From the NCBI GenBank assembly GCA_965248535.1, contig CBDFJR010000002.1:1024001-1088000 (forward strand): a DNA stretch of 64,000 nt. The letters run 5' to 3'. Each line of letters begins with the position of its first letter. The stretch's first letter is position 1. The notes beneath the pieces are model-generated. The model worked only from the letters and a program-made list of their open reading frames with translations, did no database searches and was not told the origin of the DNA. Made by a program: the position numbers and the translations under genes. The DNA is from Phormidesmis sp. (lineage in GTDB: Bacteria; Cyanobacteriota; Cyanobacteriia; Leptolyngbyales; Leptolyngbyaceae). Shown here piece after piece: positions 61,572 through 64,000 of the stretch.

Positions 61572-63497
61572 TCAGTATAAATTGGGGCTAATTTTTTGCA
61601 CCGATGGCTTCGATCGAGCCGTTGTCTGATCGATCACCTGCACTGGGATTTGCATCGTGAAGGTGGTGCCGTGACCTAATTCACTCTCGACGCTGATGAT
61701 GCCGCCCATCATCTGACAAAACTTTTGCGCGATCGCTAGACCTAGCCCCGTGCCGCCATATTTGCGCGTGATCGACGCATCTGCCTGCACAAACGCCTGA
61801 AACAATTTGTCGATCTGGTCTTGCGTCATGCCAATTCCCGTGTCAGACACTTTAAAGAGAGTGACGGCTAAAAGCGGGTCAGAATGCTGCTCTTCCTGCT
61901 TTTCTACCGCCAGGGTGATCGTCCCCCGATCGGTGAATTTAATGGCATTGCTGAGTAGGTTATAGAGATTTTGCCGAGTCTTAGCGAGGTCAGCATAAAT
62001 GCTGCCAATCTGATCATCGCACTCTACCGTTAGGGTGTTGCCCGTTTTTTGCACCAGAGGTTTGAGAGTGCTCACCACTTCTTGAACTAAACTCGACAGG
62101 TCAAAAGATTCTAGATAAAGATTCATCCTCCCAGCTTCGAGTTTAGAAAAGTCGAGAATGTCGTTAATCAACGCTAAAAGCTGTCTGCCTGCGTCGCTGA
62201 TCTTTTGCAAATCGGGCACAAAGTTAGTGTGCTGAGACTCGATGCTTGCACCGCGCTGCGCGTTCGCATCTTCTTGCAGCATCTCACTGTAGCCAATAAT
62301 GGCATTCATCGGAGTCCGCAATTCATGACTCATGTTGGCCAAAAACTGACTTTTGGACCAGTTTGCTTCTTCTGCGGCTTCTTTGGCGTTCTTTAAATCA
62401 CGAGTCGATTGTTGAAGGTCAATCTCATATTGCTCTAAAGCAGTCAGCATCGTGTTGATGGTAAAGCCCAAATTTGCAAGCTCGTCATTGCTCTGCACTG
62501 AGACCCTTAGCGATAAATCGTTGCTTTCGCTCACTTGGCTGACTTCTTGGTTAAGCTGGGTAAGCCGAGACAGCACCAGCCTTTCTAGCAGCAGCAGGGT
62601 CACACCCCCAAAGATTAAGCCAACTAATAGAATCAACACGCTAAGAAACCAGATCGCTCGTTTGCCCTGACGATAGATGTCTCTGGGGCTGCTGACCTGC
62701 AAGATCAGGGCGGGTTTGCCATAGAGGTCTCTCAAAAGCGCAGCCCCGATGATGGTCTTCTCATCAATGTCGCTGACGGTGATGTCTGCTTTGTTTAAAT
62801 CTAGAGAAGCGTTTGCCCCAAAGCCTGAAGGTAGTTTGCCATCGTTTAAGACCTGAAGGGTCAGCGGCGTTTGGATTAGTTTGGCGAGTCGTCTGAGTTC
62901 GTCAGCATTTAAGTAGCGACCGACGATCAACGTCCCGCGAGTCGGGCCTTTTCCTTCGCTGGTTCTGATCGGGCGCGATGCAATCATCAGTGCGCCTTCT
63001 GAAGTGGCTATGATTCCGGCAAAGTTGCCCCCGCGACTGGTCACTCGCAACAGCCGATCGCCCACATTCAACCGCTTTAGCAAGGGGGCTGGAATCGGGG
63101 CTTTTTGTCTGGTTTGCAAATCAAATCCAGTGCCAAACACGATTTTGCCAGATGGATTGACGAAGACGATCGCGTTGACTCTAAGAGCCGCCAATTGCAC
63201 GTCAACCAAATTAGACCGAATGAATTCTGAGTTGCCATCTTGCACAAACTGATAGGCATCATCCCAGTCTGACCAGTCTGAAAATCGCTCGTTAAACTGA
63301 TCAAGGTTCTGCGTAAAAACACCCAGCGCTCCTTGGGTGATCTGGCGCGTATTGCGCTCTTCTGCTTGACGAGAGCTACCGAGCAATAGCGTTGAGGAGA
63401 CTGCATAAAGTGCCCCGTTTAGGCTCACAAGGGTGACTCCAATTACGAGCAGCGTCCTTCGTCTTAGAGTGAGAAAACTGCTCTTTTCAAACCTCAT
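61572..63497 (-). CDS. CHASE4/HAMP sensor histidine kinase
   Basis: DWSDWDD (CHASE4), HAMP, MSHELRTP, NAIKF, DTGIG and GGTGLGL motifs. Confidence 0.92.
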   Translation of the reverse strand: MRFEKSSFLTLRRRTLLVIGVTLVSLNGALYAVSSTLLLGSSRQAEERNTRQITQGALGVFTQNLDQFNERFSDWSDWDDAYQFVQDGNSEFIRSNLVDVQLAALRVNAIVFVNPSGKIVFGTGFDLQTRQKAPIPAPLLKRLNVGDRLLRVTSRGGNFAGIIATSEGALMIASRPIRTSEGKGPTRGTLIVGRYLNADELRRLAKLIQTPLTLQVLNDGKLPSGFGANASLDLNKADITVSDIDEKTIIGAALLRDLYGKPALILQVSSPRDIYRQGKRAIWFLSVLILLVGLIFGGVTLLLLERLVLSRLTQLNQEVSQVSESNDLSLRVSVQSNDELANLGFTINTMLTALEQYEIDLQQSTRDLKNAKEAAEEANWSKSQFLANMSHELRTPMNAIIGYSEMLQEDANAQRGASIESQHTNFVPDLQKISDAGRQLLALINDILDFSKLEAGRMNLYLESFDLSSLVQEVVSTLKPLVQKTGNTLTVECDDQIGSIYADLAKTRQNLYNLLSNAIKFTDRGTITLAVEKQEEQHSDPLLAVTLFKVSDTGIGMTQDQIDKLFQAFVQADASITRKYGGTGLGLAIAQKFCQMMGGIISVESELGHGTTFTMQIPVQVIDQTTARSKPSVQKISPNLY

Positions 63498-63593
63498 GAT
63501 GGTGCCGTTTTTCAACAAGGATTTAGACTCAACCCTTACAAGGATGCCCAAAAAATTTTAACCCTGCCAGCCAGAAAGACTTATTAACATAGA

Positions 63594-64000
63594 CTACACA
63601 AACCGAGTTAGCTCAACTCGATAGCGATCTTTTTTAGTCACCATCATGTCGCCCACTTCGACTCGCCCTTTGCCGCGAATGGCGATCAAGTCACCGGGCT
63701 TGACCGTGTAGCTGGTGGAGTTGATGTCTTTCCAGTTGACTCGCACATCACCTGCCGAGATCAAGTCTGCCATCTTGCTGCGCGACATGCCAAACCCGGC
63801 CGAGGCGATCGCGTCTAATCGCATTGACGCTTCGACGGTGGTCAGTTCTTTTTTCTTGGGTTCTCGAATTTTAAGCTCGCTGAGGGGGATGGGCTGCACC
63901 TTGACAGGCACCGATCGCACTTGGGTCAAACTAGCCTGAAAGAACTCAACTAAGTCAGCAACGACAATCGCTTGGGCACCGCGTTCACCCAGCACGATGA
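63594..64000 (-). CDS. Photosystem II S4-domain (YlmH/Sll1252-like) protein, 3' part
   Basis: ASMRLDAIASAGFGMSRSK...GDLIAIRGKGR. Confidence 0.9.
   Translation of the reverse strand, partial: IVLGERGAQAIVVADLVEFFQASLTQVRSVPVKVQPIPLSELKIREPKKKELTTVEASMRLDAIASAGFGMSRSKMADLISAGDVRVNWKDINSTSYTVKPGDLIAIRGKGRVEVGDMMVTKKDRYRVELTRFV

Overview
64 kb of a cyanobacterial chromosome. HIP1 octamers (GCGATCGC) are very dense, and the gene set and heptamer repeats suggest a filamentous, Leptolyngbyaceae-like organism (inference). Positions 1-4364 are the right-hand end of an integrated element at the 3' end of tRNA-Glu. It contains small leftward phage-like ORFs and an XRE repressor preceded by three AGACA-N4-TGTCT operator-like palindromes. 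It also carries a four-gene operon of unrecognised, mostly membrane proteins, followed by a 7-copy ATCGGAC repeat array, and an Xis-type tyrosine integrase that appears to lack its N-terminal domain. The rest is mainly core genome: plsC, a B12 radical SAM gene, psbA, cofG, tig-clpP-clpX, asd-dapA-rnj, argZ/agrE, recQ, mazG, tRNA-Val, rlpA, purM-rsmA-ispE, hemJ, glycosyltransferases, an S8 protease, sbcD, ilvD, alpha-amylase, tpiA, and a CHASE4 kinase plus REC-adenylate cyclase pair. Other notable features are a cluster of four perfect TTTTCCACA DnaA boxes between DUF3082 and hemJ with no dnaA or dnaN in the window (candidate oriC), REP/MITE-like repeats including a 3-unit tandem array, two frameshifted genes and three gene remnants. 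Products were assigned by motif recognition only; no database search was run.
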